A stretch of DNA of 64,000 nucleotides from an uncultured Holophaga sp. (GTDB lineage: Bacteria > Acidobacteriota > Holophagae > Holophagales > Holophagaceae). The DNA lies in assembly GCA_963663375.1 (NCBI GenBank), contig OY760195.1, positions 1,881,613-1,945,612 on the forward strand, given 5' to 3'. Below are positions 60,935 to 64,000 of the stretch, piece by piece. A model generated the notes under the pieces. The model searched no databases. It was given only the letters and a program-made list of their open reading frames with translations, and was not told where the DNA came from. A program made the translations under genes and the position numbers. The first letter of the stretch is position 1, and the number at the start of each line of letters is the position of its first letter.

Positions 60935-61267
60935 TCAGGTCAGCGCTTGATAGGAGGCCTTGGCCCGCTCGCTGACATGGCCGCACACCAGTTCACAGAG
61001 ATCCGCCACCAGGGGCAGGACGGGCCGGAAGAACACCGTGTTCCCCTCGGGACTTCGCGTGACGAGCCCCACCCGCACCAGGCAGGCCAGGTGCTTGCTC
61101 GCGTTGGCCTGGGAGAGGCCCGCTACCTCGGCAACGCCCCCCTGACTCAGGGGCTCCTTGGACTCCAGCAGCGCCCGCAGGATCTTCAACCGCGAGGCAT
61201 CCCCCATGGCGTCGAAGAGACAACTCACTTCATCGATCATCGCGTCGCTGGCCAGGAATGGTTTCAT
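60935..61267 (-). CDS. ArsR/SmtB-family transcriptional regulator (possible persulfide/metal sensor)
   Basis: wHTH (ASRLKILRALL...QANASKHLACLVRVGLV) with Cys residues near the N-terminus (SCLF) and the C-terminus (CELVCGH). It is the first gene of the minus-strand sulfur cluster. Confidence 0.75.
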   Translation of the reverse strand: MKPFLASDAMIDEVSCLFDAMGDASRLKILRALLESKEPLSQGGVAEVAGLSQANASKHLACLVRVGLVTRSPEGNTVFFRPVLPLVADLCELVCGHVSERAKASYQALT

Positions 61268-61366
61268 TTCTACTCCACAACCAAACGGTAATATTCCAAG
61301 CCGGTATTGTCAATGCCCAAGCTGTGACCAAGGGGCCTTTCGTTAAACTCCTCCCCAGGAGTACCC

Positions 61367-61891
61367 ATGCCCACCCTAGAGGAACGCGCCAAAGCCATCC
61401 GCCTGGTCTGCACGGACGTGGACGGGGTGCTCACCAACGGCCTGTTGCACGTTGGTCTCGAGGGCACCCACACCAAGGCCTTTCATGTGCGGGATGGCGC
61501 GGCCACGGTCTACCTGCAGCGCTGCGGCATCAAGGTGGCCTTCATCTCCGGCCTGGACAGCCCCTCCACCTGGGCCCGGGCCAAGCATCTGGGCGTGGAG
61601 GACTGCTTCGCGGGCAACCTGGAAAAGGGCCCGGTTCTGGAACAGCTCTGCGCGAAGTACGGCCTCGCCCCCGAGCAGGTGGCCCACCTGGGCGATGATC
61701 TACCGGACCTGCCCATCCTGCGCCGGGTGGGCCTCGCCTGCTGCCCCGAGGATGCCGTGGCCGAAGTGAAACAGGTCTGCCACCTGATCGTGCCCGTGCG
61801 CGGCGGTCAGGGCGTACTGCGCCCCGTGGCCGAATTGATCCTGAAGACCCAGAATCTCTGGGACAGTGTCGTAGATAAATACCGGGAGTGA
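61367..61891 (+). CDS. kdsC: 3-deoxy-D-manno-octulosonate 8-phosphate phosphatase (HAD family)
   Basis: HAD motifs DVDGVLT and GDDLPDL, with a full-length KdsC match. Confidence 0.8.
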   Translation: MPTLEERAKAIRLVCTDVDGVLTNGLLHVGLEGTHTKAFHVRDGAATVYLQRCGIKVAFISGLDSPSTWARAKHLGVEDCFAGNLEKGPVLEQLCAKYGLAPEQVAHLGDDLPDLPILRRVGLACCPEDAVAEVKQVCHLIVPVRGGQGVLRPVAELILKTQNLWDSVVDKYRE

Positions 61892-61896
61892 CCTTC

Positions 61897-62454
61897 ATGC
61901 GCCTGCGCCCCGCCCTGCTCTCTCTCCTCCTCGCCCTTCCCATGACTGCCCAGGTGCTGGAACCCAGCATGCTGGGCATTCAGGGGCGCATCAGCATCCC
62001 CGAGGGCAGCATGCGCGACGCCCTGGGTGGCCTGCGAATTCCCGGCTTCGGTGCGAGCCTCTTTGCCGAGCTGGACCTGGGAGACAGCCTGCACGGACGC
62101 GCCAACCTCGGCGCCGACCTCTGGCCCCAGGGCAAAGGCAACCTGAGCAGCGAAGATCGCCAGATCCAGGCCTTCCATCTGGGCGGCGAAGTGCTCTACT
62201 TCCTCCGGGATGAGGGCGAAAAGGAACTGCGCGGCCCTTACGTAACCGTCGGCCTGGCGGGCTACGCCTGGTCCCTGGGCAAGGATGTGAGTGCGAACGG
62301 ACAGAAGCGCCGCGTGCTTCACGCCGCCGCCACCCTCGGCCTCGGCTGGCGCCTCGCCCGCCACCTGGATGCCGAGGTGAAGGTGCTCGCCGGGAAGATC
62401 GACCCCGGCGTGGATGCCATGGCGCTGATGGCGGCGCTCAACTATCGATTCTGA
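61897..62454 (+). CDS. Small outer-membrane beta-barrel protein (OmpW/porin-like), hypothetical
   Basis: Signal peptide MRLRPALLSLLLALPMTAQV, alternating beta-strands, C-terminal ...LNYRF. gggag RBS. Confidence 0.45.
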   Translation: MRLRPALLSLLLALPMTAQVLEPSMLGIQGRISIPEGSMRDALGGLRIPGFGASLFAELDLGDSLHGRANLGADLWPQGKGNLSSEDRQIQAFHLGGEVLYFLRDEGEKELRGPYVTVGLAGYAWSLGKDVSANGQKRRVLHAAATLGLGWRLARHLDAEVKVLAGKIDPGVDAMALMAALNYRF

Positions 62455-63593
62455 GAACCCTGATTCAGCTTCGCCAGCAGATGCTCGGCCACACGTTCCG
62501 CAGCGCCTGGTTGGCCGAGGTGGGCGCGCACTTCCGCCAGATCCTTGCGGATCATTGAGGCGTTCGCAGGATCCAGGAGCTTGGACAGTTCCTGTCCAAG
62601 GCGCTGAGGGTTGACCTCGCCCTGGAGGAGTTCCGGCGCGATTTGGCGGCCCGCCACCACGTTGGCCAGGCCGAAGAAGGGCACCTTCACGAAGCGGCGG
62701 GCCAGCGCCAGCGTCAGGGGGCTCATGCGGTAGAGGATGGCGAAGGGCGTGCCCAGGAGGGCCGTCTCCAGAGTGGCTGTGCCGGAGCACACCAGGGCAG
62801 CATCGGCATAGGCCCGGGGCGCGTAGTTCTGGTCTTTCACCAGAACGATGGGGGCGCCCTCCAGGAAACCTTCGACGAAGGCTCTTTCCAGGGTGGGGGC
62901 CACCGGCAGCACCCACTGGACTTCGCGATGAGCGGGATCTCCGCGCCAGGCCTTGGCCAACTGGGCGAGGGGCGGCACCAGGCGCTGGATCTCCTCCCGG
63001 CGGCTGCCCGGCAGCAGGGCCACCAGCGGGCGCTGGGGATCCAGCCCTGTTGCATGGAAGAACGTCTCACGGTCCACCTCGGGCCGCACGGTCTCCACCA
63101 GGGGATTGCCCACCCAGAGGGCCTCCACGGGAAGTCCCTGGAAGAGCCGGGGCTCAAAGTCGAAGAGGCAGTACAGCGCATCGAAGAGACGGCCCATCAC
63201 GGGAATGCGTCCCGCCTTCCAGGCCCAGACCTGGGGGCAGACGTACTGGTGCAGCCGCACCGAGGGCAGGGCCTTCCGCAGGGACTTGGCCAGGCTCAGG
63301 TTGAAGCTCTGGTAGTCGATGAGCAGGGCCGCATCGATTTTTTCTTCGACCGCCACCCGCAGGATTTCCTTCTTCAGGGCCAGCAGTTTGGGAATATGGC
63401 GCAGCACTTCCACGAAGCCCACCACGCCCAGTTCGCCCACATCCGCCAGCTTGCGATCCAGGTACGGCGTCATGCCCGCACCGCCCACGCCGATGATGCG
63501 CAGCCCCGGCTCCCGGGCCTTCAGCTCCCGCAGAAGCTCGGCGCCATGGAGATCGCCACTGGCCTCACCGGCCACCACCAGGAGCGTTGTCAC
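62442..63593 (-). CDS. lpxB: Lipid-A-disaccharide synthase
   Basis: GT19 family N-terminus LLVVAGEASGDLHGAELLRELK and a full-length LpxB match. GTG start near 63593. Confidence 0.85.
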   Translation of the reverse strand: MTTLLVVAGEASGDLHGAELLRELKAREPGLRIIGVGGAGMTPYLDRKLADVGELGVVGFVEVLRHIPKLLALKKEILRVAVEEKIDAALLIDYQSFNLSLAKSLRKALPSVRLHQYVCPQVWAWKAGRIPVMGRLFDALYCLFDFEPRLFQGLPVEALWVGNPLVETVRPEVDRETFFHATGLDPQRPLVALLPGSRREEIQRLVPPLAQLAKAWRGDPAHREVQWVLPVAPTLERAFVEGFLEGAPIVLVKDQNYAPRAYADAALVCSGTATLETALLGTPFAILYRMSPLTLALARRFVKVPFFGLANVVAGRQIAPELLQGEVNPQRLGQELSKLLDPANASMIRKDLAEVRAHLGQPGAAERVAEHLLAKLNQGSQNR

Positions 63594-64000
63594 GGGGTCA
63601 CCTCGGGGAAGTAGATCATGGGGTGGGCGGCCTCGAGCCGCCCTATCGCACGCATCGTGGTTTCGGGGCTGGAAGCCGGAACGGCCACGTTCCAACGGTA
63701 GCCCAGGCGACGGAGCCCTGCGAAGTCATCGCCTTCTTCCCCTACGGCGCAGAAGAGGCGGTCCGAAAGGATTTCCAGATCGGCCCCCACACCCGCATCC
63801 CAGCAATAGCCCACGGCGTCGCAGTTCATTTCCTTGAGCAGGGTCACCAGGGCTGGACCCGCACCGGGGGCCGGGCGCAGCGCGAGCTTGACGCCACGAC
63901 CCTGCAGCGCCTCCAGCAGAGCCTCCAGGGCTCCCAGGAAATGGGCCGATTCCGCCCGGTTCCCGGGCGCTCCGGTGGGAAGGATCAGAAAATCGACACC
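63590..64000 (-). CDS. Hypothetical protein, C-terminal part only (gene continues beyond window end); possibly TIM-barrel sugar-phosphate isomerase/epimerase-like
   Basis: The frame is open from the window edge to the stop at 63590. It is upstream of, and overlaps, the lpxB start. No confident motif. Confidence 0.3.
   Translation of the reverse strand, partial: GVDFLILPTGAPGNRAESAHFLGALEALLEALQGRGVKLALRPAPGAGPALVTLLKEMNCDAVGYCWDAGVGADLEILSDRLFCAVGEEGDDFAGLRRLGYRWNVAVPASSPETTMRAIGRLEAAHPMIYFPEVTP

Overview
High-GC (~67%) bacterial chromosomal segment. The tRNA-Pro with a C1-G72 pair is a bacterial hallmark; sigma-54 regulators, LpxB/KdsC and OM beta-barrels indicate a Gram-negative-type genome, and the gene content is compatible with Acidobacteria-like organisms. 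Most of the window is housekeeping and sensory genes: an NtrY-like histidine kinase; apt and acyP; a beta-propeller histidine kinase with a sigma-54 response regulator; tatD; acyl-CoA dehydrogenase; ubiE; marC; a PAS-MCP; gpmI; bacterioferritin; a divergent oxyR/ahpC-ahpD locus; pyrR-pyrB; an FKBP; a Tat-exported amidase; pabABC; kdsC; lpxB. Accessory or unusual content, each detailed as a finding: (1) an IS630-family element whose transposase is split at an A7 run, next to a low-GC lipoprotein gene and tRNA-Pro(GGG), a likely islet. (2) A second low-GC locus of two secreted proteins sitting next to a ~15-nt poly-G tract and a short direct repeat, a candidate phase-variable locus. (3) A cluster of three paralogous YcgR-like PilZ proteins with degenerate receiver-like C-termini, one of them translationally coupled to a B12-binding radical SAM/TPR enzyme. 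(4) An ars operon arsR-arsM-acr3-rhodanese-arsC with a perfect ~19-bp inverted-repeat operator, preceded by a CMD/AhpD-like protein carrying a Cys-rich C-terminal tail. (5) A minus-strand cluster of an ArsR/SmtB-family regulator, rhodanese, OM beta-barrel, SAM-MTase, DsrC/TusE, a NarI-like cytochrome b and an HdrD-like CCG Fe-S protein. This looks like a persulfide-responsive sulfur-relay module with DsrMK-like membrane quinone coupling but no dsrAB in the window. (6) A solitary SPPF-motif DNA methyltransferase. No CRISPR array or rRNA was seen. Coordinates read directly off the printed sequence (tRNA, hairpins, palindromes, ferredoxin, poly-G) may be off by 1-2 nt. Gene ends taken from the ORF track are exact.
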